A stretch of 64,000 nt of DNA, from the NCBI GenBank assembly GCA_040389905.1, contig JAZJZK010000009.1, positions 50,280 to 114,279 on the forward strand. The letters run 5' to 3'. Under the pieces are notes generated by a model that was not told the origin of the DNA, searched no databases, and saw only the letters and a program-made list of their open reading frames with translations. This DNA is from Gemmatimonadota bacterium (GTDB taxonomy: Bacteria > Gemmatimonadota > Gemmatimonadetes > Gemmatimonadales > Gemmatimonadaceae). Both the position numbers and the translations under genes were made by a program. Shown one piece after another: positions 35,387 to 44,994 of the stretch (positions within the stretch are counted from its first letter, which is position 1; each line of letters begins with the position of its first letter).

Positions 35387-38172
35387 CCACTGACCGCCTG
35401 ACCCCACGGTCGGGGACGCTCCGCTCGTCGGCGTCAATTACGCGTCGCCTGATGATCGGCCTCACCGTCGCCGTTGGAATGAGTTCGGCACTCGTCGTCG
35501 TATTGCTGGCGGTGTTCGCGATGCATTCCGCGGACGCGGAACTCGAACGCAACATCGACGCGGCCGCGTCGGAAGTCGCCCAGCTTCTGGATGCGCCACT
35601 CTGGGATCTCGACCTCGATCGCGCCCAGCGCCTCGGTGAAGCGTTCGCGCAGGATCCACGCATTACGCACCTCACCATACGGGAATCGACGACCGGTGCG
35701 ATGCGAGTCATTGCCCGCCAGCAGACGGCGGACACCGCGTGGCGCACGCGAACCGTGAGGCACCATGGCACCGATGTCGGTGAGGTTGGCGTCGCCTTCT
35801 CGCGCGCCATCTATCGCCAGCAGGCGCTCCAACAAGTTCGCCTGGCGATCGGCGTGAGTCTCATTGCGCTCGCGGCAACGATCGTCAGCGTGCAGTTCCT
35901 CGTGCGCCGGCTGCTTCGAAAACCACTGTCGGAGCTGTCGGACGTCGTCGGCGCGTATGCCGATGGCGACTATACGCGATCGAACGTGGACGTGAAGGAA
36001 TTCAAGCCGTTGCTGGCGGTGCTCGATTCCATGGGAAACAAGATCGCCAGGCAACTGAGTGACTTGCAGGCGGGCAACGAGCAACTCGAGCAGGAAATTG
36101 CCGAGCGCAAGAGCGCGGAAGAGACGTTGCGCTGGAGAAACGACGAGTTGGCGTCGCTGAACCGCTTTCTCGACATCGCCGCCGCGGAGGGAAAGCCGGC
36201 AATCCTGCTCGAGCAGGCTTGTATCGAGCTGTGCCAGATGCTGCGCATGCCGCGGGCCTTTGCGCTCCTGTTGAACGAGATCGATGGCTCGCTGAAAGTG
36301 ATCGCCGAAACGGGACACTCGTATGGTGGCGGTCGGTTCGAGCGCGAGATCGCACTCGACAGCCATCCGGCGTTACGCGCATTTCTTCATGGTGGCGAAC
36401 CGGTGATATCGGAATCGGTGCGGGAAGATCCCCGGTTCGCCGACGTCGCCCAACGACTTTCGGGCGTAGGTATCGAGTCGTTTGTCGGCTTGCCGCTGAC
36501 GATCCAGGGCGTCGCGCTCGGTGCGATCGCACTCGTGGCGTCCGAACCACGGACGTTCGATGAGGACGAGATCGCCCTCGCCTCTGGTATCGCCGCACAA
36601 GCAGCGAGCGCGCTATCGCGCCACCGTGCGCGTGCCGCGGAGCGCTTGCTGCGAGCCGCAATCGAGCAGATTCCCGAGAGCGTCATGATGATGGACACTG
36701 AAGGCCGGATCGAGTACGTCAATGCGGCCTTCAGCCAGAACACCGGCTATTCGCGCAGCGAGGTGCTCGGACAGCATCCGCGTCTCCTGCGAACGGGCAT
36801 GCACGACGATTCGCTCTACGACGGCATCTGGCAGGCCCTCGAATCCGGACGGACATGGCGTGGCCGCCTCACGAGCCGGAAGAAGTCCGGCGAATCGTAT
36901 TTCGAGGATGCGCTCTTCACCCCCGTGCGGAATGAGCGTGCACAGATCGCGCACTACGTCGCCATCGCCAGAGACATCACGCTCGATCTGGATCGCGAAG
37001 CACAGTTGCTGCACGCACAAAAGCTGGAGGCGATCGGTCAGCTGGCCGGCGGCATCGCGCACGACTTCAACAACATCATGGGCGCGATCCTCATGGAGCT
37101 GGAGCTCCTCAGCTACGAACAGGAGCTCCCCGATGATATCGCGGCCGGTGTGCACAGCGTCCGCGCGTCGGTGGACCGCGCCGCGCGGCTGACGCGACAG
37201 CTGTTGCTGTTCAGCCGGCGTCAGGCCATGAACATCCAGCTCCACGACCTCAACCTCATCGTCGCCGATCTCCTGCGAATGCTCACGCGCGTCATCGGCG
37301 AAAATATCGTCGTCGAGTTTGTCCGGGCGCCGACGCCGACCTTTGTGGAGGCCGACGCCGGCATGATCGAACAGGTCCTGATGAACCTGTGCGTCAATGC
37401 ACGCGATGCCATGGAAGACGGTGGACGAATCACGATCTCGATCGAAGGCTGCCAGCTGCGTGCGACCGACCTGAGCGCGCGGCCCGAAGCGCGAGCCGGT
37501 AGCTTCGCGTGCATCGGTGTCGCCGACACCGGCACCGGTATGAACGCGGAGACGCAGCGTCGCATGTTCGAACCATTTTACACGACGAAGGACGTGAGCA
37601 AGGGATCCGGGCTCGGGCTTGCTACGACGCACGGAATCGTCGCACAGCACAAGGGGTGGATCGAGGTCGCCAGTGAGCTCGGGAAGGGAACGACCTTCCG
37701 AATCTATCTTCCCGTGAGCGTGCAGTCGTCGAAGCGCGTGTCTGGCCCTGTCGTCGCCCCCATGCGGCGCGGTTCGGAGGTCATCCTCGTCGTGGAAGAC
37801 GAAGCGAACATTCGCGTCATGGCATCACGCGCCCTCAGGCAACTCGGCTACGAGGTGCTCGAAGCGGTGAGCGGTGCCGAGGCACTTACGCTGTGGGAGA
37901 CGGAAGGCGATCGTATCGATCTCGTGCTGACGGACATGGTGATGCCGGGCGGCGTATCCGGTGCGGACCTGAGCGCTCGTTTGCGCGCGGCAAAGCCCGA
38001 GCTGGAGGTCATTCTCATGAGCGGGTACAGCGTTGATCTCGTCGATGATGCCGAGGCGATTACGCGCGAGCGCCACTTTCTCAGCAAGCCATTCACCATC
38101 GCGGCCATGAGCGACTGTATCCGAGCGGCGCTCGACGGGATGGACACCGGCGTCTCGCCGCCGCGAGGCTGA
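35383..38172 (+). CDS. Hybrid sensor histidine kinase (TM-HAMP-GAF-PAS-HisKA-HATPase-REC)
   Basis: AGGIAHDFNN, FEPFYTTK, GLGL and receiver motifs LVVEDE, LTDMVMP, FLSKP. Confidence 0.95.
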   Translation: MTTDRLTPRSGTLRSSASITRRLMIGLTVAVGMSSALVVVLLAVFAMHSADAELERNIDAAASEVAQLLDAPLWDLDLDRAQRLGEAFAQDPRITHLTIRESTTGAMRVIARQQTADTAWRTRTVRHHGTDVGEVGVAFSRAIYRQQALQQVRLAIGVSLIALAATIVSVQFLVRRLLRKPLSELSDVVGAYADGDYTRSNVDVKEFKPLLAVLDSMGNKIARQLSDLQAGNEQLEQEIAERKSAEETLRWRNDELASLNRFLDIAAAEGKPAILLEQACIELCQMLRMPRAFALLLNEIDGSLKVIAETGHSYGGGRFEREIALDSHPALRAFLHGGEPVISESVREDPRFADVAQRLSGVGIESFVGLPLTIQGVALGAIALVASEPRTFDEDEIALASGIAAQAASALSRHRARAAERLLRAAIEQIPESVMMMDTEGRIEYVNAAFSQNTGYSRSEVLGQHPRLLRTGMHDDSLYDGIWQALESGRTWRGRLTSRKKSGESYFEDALFTPVRNERAQIAHYVAIARDITLDLDREAQLLHAQKLEAIGQLAGGIAHDFNNIMGAILMELELLSYEQELPDDIAAGVHSVRASVDRAARLTRQLLLFSRRQAMNIQLHDLNLIVADLLRMLTRVIGENIVVEFVRAPTPTFVEADAGMIEQVLMNLCVNARDAMEDGGRITISIEGCQLRATDLSARPEARAGSFACIGVADTGTGMNAETQRRMFEPFYTTKDVSKGSGLGLATTHGIVAQHKGWIEVASELGKGTTFRIYLPVSVQSSKRVSGPVVAPMRRGSEVILVVEDEANIRVMASRALRQLGYEVLEAVSGAEALTLWETEGDRIDLVLTDMVMPGGVSGADLSARLRAAKPELEVILMSGYSVDLVDDAEAITRERHFLSKPFTIAAMSDCIRAALDGMDTGVSPPRG

Positions 38173-38179
38173 CGCCGAC

Positions 38180-39829
38180 ATGGAAGCCGATGTCATCATC
38201 GTCGGCGCCGGCCTGGCGGGACTCGTCGCCGCGGCGGAACTGACGGATCGCGGTCGCACAGTCATTGTCGTGGATCAAGAACCCGCGCAATCACTCGGCG
38301 GACAGGCATTCTGGTCCTTTGGTGGATTGTTGTTGGTCGATTCTCCAGAGCAACGTCGGCTGCGCATCCACGACTCGCTGGACCTCGCTCGCCAGGACTG
38401 GATGGGAACCGCGGGCTTCGACCGGGACGAGGACCTGTGGCCGCGACGGTGGGCGGAGGCGTATCTCGACTTTGCCGCGGGTGAGAAGCGCCCATGGTTG
38501 CACGCACAGGGCGTTCGCTTCTTTCCTGTCGTCGGCTGGGCGGAGCGCGGTGGTGGGTTGGCCGGCGGCCATGGCAACTCGGTTCCGCGTTTTCACATCA
38601 CTTGGGGAACGGGACCGGGCATTCTCGCGCCGTTCATCAGGCGCACTCGCGACGCCGAGTCGCGCGGCTTGTTGTCGTTCCGATTTCGCCACCGCGTCAA
38701 CGGCATCTCGACAACGAACGGTGTCGTCGACGGTGTCGAGGGTGATATACTCGCCCCAAGCGCGGCCGAACGCGGCGCAGCGAGCACGCGTGACGTCATT
38801 GGCGACTTCAGGTTCAAGGCGCAGTGCGTGATCGTCACCTCCGGCGGCATCGGCGGCAACCAGGAACTCGTGCGGCGGTATTGGCCGGCCCGCCTCGGAG
38901 TTCCTCCCGCGCGCATGTTGTCCGGCGTTCCAGAACACGTCGATGGTCGCATGCTCGCCATCGCTGAAGCAGCAGGTGGCCGCGTCATCAATCGCGATCG
39001 CATGTGGCATTACACTGAGGGCATTCAGAACTGGAATCCGATCTGGAAGCGACACGGCATCCGCATCTTACCGGGACCGTCGTCGCTGTGGCTCGACGCG
39101 TCGGGACGCCGACTCCCGCCGCCGCTGTTTCCGGGGTTCGATACGTTGGCGACGCTCGAGCACATCCTCGCCACCGGCGACGACTACAGCTGGCTCGTGC
39201 TCACGCAGAAGATCATCGAGAAGGAATTCGCGCTTTCGGGGTCGGAGCAGAATCCCGACCTGACTGGCAAGAGCATCCGTCAGGTGCTCGGACGCGCACT
39301 CCCGGGTGCGACGCCACCGGTTGAAGCATTCAAGAAGCACGGCGTGGATTTCGTCGTCGCGACGACGCTGTCGGAACTCGTGCGTGGTATGAACCGTGTG
39401 GCCGGAGAAGAGCGCCTTGGCGAAGAGTCGCTACGCAGGACGATACACGGTCGCGACTCCCAGTTCGACAATCCATTCGGCAAGGACGCGCAGATCACGG
39501 CACTCCGTGGTGCTCGCAGCTATATCGGCGACAAGCTGATCCGGGTCGCGAAGCCACACCGGCTCCTCGACGAGCGCGCAGGGCCGCTCATCGCGGTGCG
39601 CGTGTCGATTCTTACGCGCAAGACACTCGGCGGACTGGAGACGGACTTGTCGAGCCGCGTGCTCGGCGCGGATGCGTCGCCGGTACCTGGGTTGTATGCG
39701 GCAGGTGAAGTCGCCGGTTTCGGGGGTGGTGGCATGCACGGATACCGCGCGCTCGAAGGAACCTTTCTCGGCGGCTGCATCTTTTCCGGTCGGACAGCAG
39801 GGCGCGCCGCGGCCGAGGCGACTCAGTAA
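38180..39829 (+). CDS. FAD-binding dehydrogenase (KsdD-like family)
   Basis: VIIVGAGLAGL, LGGQAFWSFGG, PRFH.TWGTG, GLYAAGE and LEGTFLGGC. Confidence 0.92.
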   Translation: MEADVIIVGAGLAGLVAAAELTDRGRTVIVVDQEPAQSLGGQAFWSFGGLLLVDSPEQRRLRIHDSLDLARQDWMGTAGFDRDEDLWPRRWAEAYLDFAAGEKRPWLHAQGVRFFPVVGWAERGGGLAGGHGNSVPRFHITWGTGPGILAPFIRRTRDAESRGLLSFRFRHRVNGISTTNGVVDGVEGDILAPSAAERGAASTRDVIGDFRFKAQCVIVTSGGIGGNQELVRRYWPARLGVPPARMLSGVPEHVDGRMLAIAEAAGGRVINRDRMWHYTEGIQNWNPIWKRHGIRILPGPSSLWLDASGRRLPPPLFPGFDTLATLEHILATGDDYSWLVLTQKIIEKEFALSGSEQNPDLTGKSIRQVLGRALPGATPPVEAFKKHGVDFVVATTLSELVRGMNRVAGEERLGEESLRRTIHGRDSQFDNPFGKDAQITALRGARSYIGDKLIRVAKPHRLLDERAGPLIAVRVSILTRKTLGGLETDLSSRVLGADASPVPGLYAAGEVAGFGGGGMHGYRALEGTFLGGCIFSGRTAGRAAAEATQ

Positions 39830-41001
39830 CGCGCTCGGAAGCGAATCGGCAAGCGCATCGGCCCATGGACGTGCAGTGCGGGGCGTGGTTCCCACGGCTC
39901 GTCATCGGCGAGGCGGATGTCATCGAGCCGATCGAAGAGATCCGACAGCGCGACTTTCGCCTCGAGTCGCGCGAGTGGCGCGCCGAGACAGAAGTGAATC
40001 CCATGGCCGAACGCGATGTGGGGGTTCGGGTTACGCGCAATGTCGAAACGATCGGGCTCGTCGAAGTAACGCGGATCGCGATTCGCCGATCCGATCATGA
40101 TGAGCACGAATTTGCCTGCTGGGATCGTCCGGCCGTGGAGCTCGACGTCGCACGTCGTTTCCCGGAACATTGCCTGGCCTGGCGAGCGGTATCGCACGAC
40201 CTCCTCGATCGCTGAGGGCAGCAGTTCCGGCTGCCGCCGCAATCGAGCGAGTTGCTCTGGATTCTCGATGAAGGACAGCACGGCGTTGTCGATGAGGTTG
40301 GTCGTCGTTTCCGTCGCCGCCGAGAGTAGCAGTTGAAAGAAGCCGAGTAAGTCGTCGACAGAGAGTGGTTCCTCACCAACCTTCGCCTCGACGAGCCGCG
40401 TAATGAGGTCGTCCTTTGGTTCGGCGCGGCGCTGCTCCGCGAGCGTTGTGATGTAGTCGAGCATTTCCGCGCGGGCCGGCGCGTGCTCACGGATGACTCG
40501 TGCTGCCGCTTCGCCGCCGGCGATGCAGTAGCTCAGGTTGACGATCGCGTGGCTCCAACGGATGAACCGGGTTCGCTCCTCCAGCGGGATGCCGATGAGC
40601 TCTGCGATGACGAGGACGGGCAGCGGCGCGGCGTAGTCGGCAACCAGATCCATCGTGTCGCGCCCGGTTGCCGAATCGAGTAGCGTTCGCGAGAGCGCTC
40701 GCATTCGGGGCTCGAGTCCCGCGATGGCCCGCGGCGTGAATGCGCGCATCACGACGGCGCGGGATTGCGTGTGGCGTGGCGGATCCTGAAAGACCAGCCA
40801 ATCCGGCGCGCGCCCCGTGGGCGGATGTACGACGGAGCTGAAGCTCTCGTGATCGTCCATCGCGCGCTTCACGCTGTCGTAATCGAACAGCATCCACATG
40901 TCGCTGCGCGGGTCGTGCAGCACGGGACTCGCACTGCGGACCTGCTCGTACCAGTGATAGGGATTGCGGCGGACGTCGTCCGAGAAGAAGAAGTTCATCA
41001 T
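39823..41001 (-). CDS. Cytochrome P450
   Basis: DPPRH, EEVVRY (ExxR) and heme motif FGHGIHFCLG. Confidence 0.97.
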   Translation of the reverse strand: MMNFFFSDDVRRNPYHWYEQVRSASPVLHDPRSDMWMLFDYDSVKRAMDDHESFSSVVHPPTGRAPDWLVFQDPPRHTQSRAVVMRAFTPRAIAGLEPRMRALSRTLLDSATGRDTMDLVADYAAPLPVLVIAELIGIPLEERTRFIRWSHAIVNLSYCIAGGEAAARVIREHAPARAEMLDYITTLAEQRRAEPKDDLITRLVEAKVGEEPLSVDDLLGFFQLLLSAATETTTNLIDNAVLSFIENPEQLARLRRQPELLPSAIEEVVRYRSPGQAMFRETTCDVELHGRTIPAGKFVLIMIGSANRDPRYFDEPDRFDIARNPNPHIAFGHGIHFCLGAPLARLEAKVALSDLFDRLDDIRLADDEPWEPRPALHVHGPMRLPIRFRARY

Positions 41002-41591
41002 GTATTGGACGGTTGAAATGCACGCATGACGGCATCGACGGTGTCGTTCACGAGTCGCTCGTCGATTGCGTCGCCAGTGATGAGCCCACGAAATGCCATC
41101 GGGCCGCTGAGGAGATCGAGGATGAGGTCGATGTCGGAGCCGGCATGCAGGTCGCCCGCCGCGATGCCGTGCTCGACAACGCGCCGCAGCACGTTGCGCC
41201 TTGCTGCGACGAAGCCGCCGCGAAACGCCGCCGCGATCTGTGTACTTCGCGGCATGGCGGCAACAAGTGCCGTGAGCAACGGTGCAGTCGCGGGGTCGTT
41301 GTACATGCGCATGTTCTGATGTAAAACAGCGCGCAGCTGTTCACGCATGGAGCCATCACCTGGCGACGCTAGTGATACTGCGAAGTCCTCCAGCGCCTCG
41401 ACCACGAGTTCTTCTTTCGTCGACCAGCGGCGGTACACCGTTGTTTTCCCAACACCGGCCTGCGCAGCAATGCCGTCGATGCTCGCCGCGTCGTATCCGA
41501 CGTCGCGAATCACGCGAAACGCCGCCTGAAGGATGGCCGCGTGCGCCTTTGCGCTCCTCGGTCTTCCGGGCCTTTTTCCGTTCGGCTCCAT
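40998..41591 (-). CDS. TetR/AcrR-family regulator
   Basis: GRPRS and SIDGIAAQAGVGKTTVYRRW. Overlaps the P450 start. Confidence 0.95.
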   Translation of the reverse strand: MEPNGKRPGRPRSAKAHAAILQAAFRVIRDVGYDAASIDGIAAQAGVGKTTVYRRWSTKEELVVEALEDFAVSLASPGDGSMREQLRAVLHQNMRMYNDPATAPLLTALVAAMPRSTQIAAAFRGGFVAARRNVLRRVVEHGIAAGDLHAGSDIDLILDLLSGPMAFRGLITGDAIDERLVNDTVDAVMRAFQPSNT

Positions 41592-41609
41592 GCGTGAATA
41601 TTGACCACC

Positions 41610-41641
41610 CCAATTACGAAACGCAAGCGTATCGTAATTGG
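41610..41641. promoter_or_regulatory. TetR operator palindrome
   Basis: CCAATTACGA-A-ACGC-AA-GCGT-A-TCGTAATTGG, about 20 bp upstream of the TetR start. Confidence 0.8.
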
Positions 41642-41697
41642 TCAGCGTCATTGCGGGCGCAGCCCAGAGGTCAGGTGTGGGATTGAGTACGAGATTC

Positions 41698-42045
41698 CTA
41701 CTCGATCAACCGCCTCCTTCGGTGCGGCAGCGCTTCCGCCGCCCGCCATAGCTCACGGAGTTTGTCCTCGGGTAGCGCATGCCACTCCGTCGGTATCGGC
41801 GCGAGTCGCTTGCGTGCGTGCGCGGATTCGAATGCCAACCAACCGTCCGCGAGATGCGGGGTCAGCGCGATCCGAATTCCACGCACGCGACGACGATCGG
41901 CGACTCGGCGCTCACCTGATGTTGGCGGCTCGCCATCGCGCACGCGTCGTTCGGCAACTCGGCGCTCACCCCAGGAAGGGATGACGTCCCATACATTCCA
42001 CTGAAGCTCGTCGTCATCGAGAAAAACGCGGTGGGGGCTCATCAC
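41698..42045 (-). CDS. Small cytoplasmic hypothetical protein (W..W / GWL.FES / KRL.P.P..W family) with ERR repeats
   Basis: Clear similarity to 57392-57673 within this window. Confidence 0.75.
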   Translation of the reverse strand: MMSPHRVFLDDDELQWNVWDVIPSWGERRVAERRVRDGEPPTSGERRVADRRRVRGIRIALTPHLADGWLAFESAHARKRLAPIPTEWHALPEDKLRELWRAAEALPHRRRRLIE

Positions 42046-42112
42046 CTGTTTCGTACGGCACTCATCGTGCCCAAGTGATGCGGGTCACACCACTTCCCTG
42101 CACGAGGTCGCC

Positions 42113-42316
42113 ATGAACAAACGCATCAGGCGTAAGCGCATACGTGGTCTCTTACTCGCCGAGCTCGCTCACCGGTTTCACGAGCAGGCGGATGCCATCG
42201 CATGGCTCGAAACATCGCAGGCGGCGCTCGGTGATCGCACGCCTCGCGAGGTCATCGCGGCTGGCGACATCGAGGACGCGATTCTCCAGCTGCGGCAGGT
42301 GCCCGTCGCTGAATAA
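42113..42316 (+). CDS. Xre/MbcA/ParS antitoxin C-terminal-domain-like protein
   Basis: GAGG RBS. F.....A..WL......LG.RTP...I..G. Confidence 0.65.
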   Translation: MNKRIRRKRIRGLLLAELAHRFHEQADAIAWLETSQAALGDRTPREVIAAGDIEDAILQLRQVPVAE

Positions 42317-42324
42317 CTACCAGA

Positions 42325-42553
42325 AACTGCAACTGCCAAGGAGCAGATTCTACGGATTCAACGGATAACAGCCGGATCAAGCACAGGGCTGGCGGATGAG
42401 ACGCGAGGTCAGCCCGTCAGCATTCAAAATCGCGAGTGCTTTTGAAGACTACGGGTCGCGACTTGGTGCCACCCAGTCGGTCTCCTTCGCAGATCAAATC
42501 CGAAGAAATCCGTCGCATCCGTCAAATCCGCTCCTCGAGCTGTTCCCGCTGTT
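42325..42553. repeat. ~230-bp palindromic MITE/REP-like element, copy 2
   Basis: Arms are nearly identical to those of 17022-17252, and the centre has diverged. Confidence 0.85.
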
Positions 42554-44191
42554 TCAATCCGCGCCCATCGAAAGCTTCACACCGCACGCTGCAGCCACGC
42601 GCCTCGCAGCGGGCGCTGACGGAAACAGGTCCCGCGCCGCCACAATGTGTGGCCGCGCCTTTTTGCAGTCACCACGCCGGCTGTAAGACTCCGCGAGCCG
42701 CAGGTGAATCCGGTAGCTCCCGGGATCGAGCGCGGACGACCGCTCGAGTACGCTGAGCTTCGAACTCGTCGAGTACATCGCCATGGCGGAGAGTTGCGTG
42801 CTGCTGCGCGTGATCGCGAGTGCCCCGAGCACGATCACGCCGGCAATGAGCATGACCCGCCGCGGCGCCGGAAGCTGAACGACGGCTCGCTCTCGCGAAT
42901 GGGCCGCGAGCGCACCGAGTAATGACCATCCAACGAGCGCGGGAATCGGAAGCAACAACACCGCGTCGAACGTTCCGACCGTGACCAGAATGACGAGCGT
43001 CGCGAGAAACACCGCCGCCGCGAGCCTGGATTCGGTCGTGTCCTCGTCACGCAGTCCGCGAATACCATCCGCAAAGAGCGTAAGCATGGCGAGGCCGAGC
43101 AGCACGAGCGCTGGCACGCCGCGCTCGGATACGAAGGTGACCCAATCGCTGCTCGGCCACGGATTCGACGTCATCCCGTCTTGCCCGAGAGATGGGTCGT
43201 TGTCCGAGGCGAATCGCGGATACACGGCGGGCCAGTTACCGGGACCGACGCCAAGCAGCGGATGACGAAGGGTCATGCGCAATGAGTTGCCGTACTGAAC
43301 GAGCCGGCCATGCCCGCTGCCACCCTTGTAGTTGACGATGCTCTGTGCCGTATCGAGATATGGGGAATCACTCTTCCAGTCGAGCGTGTTCGGAATCACC
43401 AGTGCCGCGCCTCCGCCGCCAACAGCCGCGAGGAAGAGAATCCCGAGTCGCCCGAGACGCACACTGCCGTCGCGCTTCCGCAGCGCGATCAGGCCTGCGA
43501 TCGCCAACACCACGAGTCCGACGAGGAGCGCGAGCCACGCCGCGCGTGTACGTGAGAGCACGAGTGACGCGACGACGATCGCAATGCCACCACACCACCG
43601 CAGGAGTGCGCCATGTGAGGGCGCGCGCAGGCCACTGAAGAGCAACGCCGGCAGCGTGATGACGCTCAGGTGTGCCATGAAATTGCGATTCCCGAATGTG
43701 CCGCCAGGCGCGCGATTCAGGCTGAAGAACTCGGTGCGAACGCCGTAGGCCTGAAGGAGCGACGTGGCTGCGCCGATGACGCCAGCCAGCGCGAGTGCCG
43801 CGACCAGCGCACGTGAGTGGCCCGCACGCGAGAGGGCGCGCGCCGTCCAGAAGCACGCAGCGCCCGCGAGTGCCAGCGCGAGCGCGCGTCCTGCCAGCCA
43901 CCAATTGGTTGCGAAGATCGCGGACAGCGCCGCCAGCAACAGCGCCCCCGCGAGCAACTGATCGACCCGAGACGCAGCGAGCCGCTTCGCTCGTGCCAGG
44001 CAGAGCACGGTGACAATCACGGCAGTCGCGTTCAGAACCAGCTCCTTCGGGACGAAGAACCGGTCCAGATCGAATGACTTGTACGGGGCCGACGCAAGCA
44101 CGACCGCGATCGCGCCTGCTTGAAGAATTCTCAAGGCAACGAGCGACATCCGCGACGCTCCTGCGGCCTCCTCGGCGTGTGGCATCGTCAT
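42554..44191 (-). CDS. O-antigen ligase (Wzy_C)-like membrane protein with C-terminal TPR-like region
   Basis: Many TM segments. GTFGNRN, LSRTRAAWL and HPLLGVGPGNW. Confidence 0.85.
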   Translation of the reverse strand: MTMPHAEEAAGASRMSLVALRILQAGAIAVVLASAPYKSFDLDRFFVPKELVLNATAVIVTVLCLARAKRLAASRVDQLLAGALLLAALSAIFATNWWLAGRALALALAGAACFWTARALSRAGHSRALVAALALAGVIGAATSLLQAYGVRTEFFSLNRAPGGTFGNRNFMAHLSVITLPALLFSGLRAPSHGALLRWCGGIAIVVASLVLSRTRAAWLALLVGLVVLAIAGLIALRKRDGSVRLGRLGILFLAAVGGGGAALVIPNTLDWKSDSPYLDTAQSIVNYKGGSGHGRLVQYGNSLRMTLRHPLLGVGPGNWPAVYPRFASDNDPSLGQDGMTSNPWPSSDWVTFVSERGVPALVLLGLAMLTLFADGIRGLRDEDTTESRLAAAVFLATLVILVTVGTFDAVLLLPIPALVGWSLLGALAAHSRERAVVQLPAPRRVMLIAGVIVLGALAITRSSTQLSAMAMYSTSSKLSVLERSSALDPGSYRIHLRLAESYSRRGDCKKARPHIVAARDLFPSAPAARRVAAACGVKLSMGAD

Positions 44192-44994
44192 AATGCCGGC
44201 AGCGCCCACACTGCGCGCAGGCGACGGTACTCGTCCGCCGGCAGTTGAACCATCATCGGCCGACGGCTGTGGTCGAGCCACCGGACCAGTGATTCGAGCG
44301 CACCGGCGTCGAGCGCCGTGCATCCAGCCGTCGACGACGAGGGCCCGTTCCAGATATGCAGGAAAATGCAGGAACCTCGGCCACGCTCAGGTGGCTGCGC
44401 ATTGTACCCGACGATCACGCCGAGCCGGTAAACGGGAATCTGGCGCATGTGTTCGGCGCTGGTCCAGTCAACGGCCTGAACGTGCGTGCGATCCACCACG
44501 GTGTTGTAATACTTCGAGCGCTCGTCGTCGACGCAGTCGCTGCCAGCTTGCAGTGACGCATAGGGCAGGCGCAGCCAGGGTAGCTCCGACGAGGCCGCGA
44601 ACCCGAACGCTGTATCGAGTGGAAAGGCGCCCGCGGGAGACCGCCCGTCGCCCTCTCGCTTGACGGGATCGCTTGGCGTGGTTGCGAGCGCGCCATTGCC
44701 CCAGGCAAGTCCCGTGCGGCCAATGACGACCGGCACCTCGCCGTCGACGACGCGCCATGCTTTCGCCCTATCATCGCGCTCAAAGCGTCGCAGCGTACCC
44801 GCCGTGGCGTTCCAGCCGGGGGTCACGACGACGACCAGCTGTCGCGCGTCAGCGAGCGGTGCCGGGACCTGCGCGGGCAGCAGCGCTGGTGCGACGACAC
44901 ACGCAAGCACTCTCAGGAAGAATCGCATGCGCAAGTCTACGGAATTGCGACGCATTTCGCCTCCATGCGCCTGCAATTCGTGTCCACCGCTCAT
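44188..44994 (-). CDS. YkuD-like L,D-transpeptidase family protein
   Basis: KREGDGRSPAG and GSCIFLH...STAGC. Confidence 0.85.
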   Translation of the reverse strand: MSGGHELQAHGGEMRRNSVDLRMRFFLRVLACVVAPALLPAQVPAPLADARQLVVVVTPGWNATAGTLRRFERDDRAKAWRVVDGEVPVVIGRTGLAWGNGALATTPSDPVKREGDGRSPAGAFPLDTAFGFAASSELPWLRLPYASLQAGSDCVDDERSKYYNTVVDRTHVQAVDWTSAEHMRQIPVYRLGVIVGYNAQPPERGRGSCIFLHIWNGPSSSTAGCTALDAGALESLVRWLDHSRRPMMVQLPADEYRRLRAVWALPAL

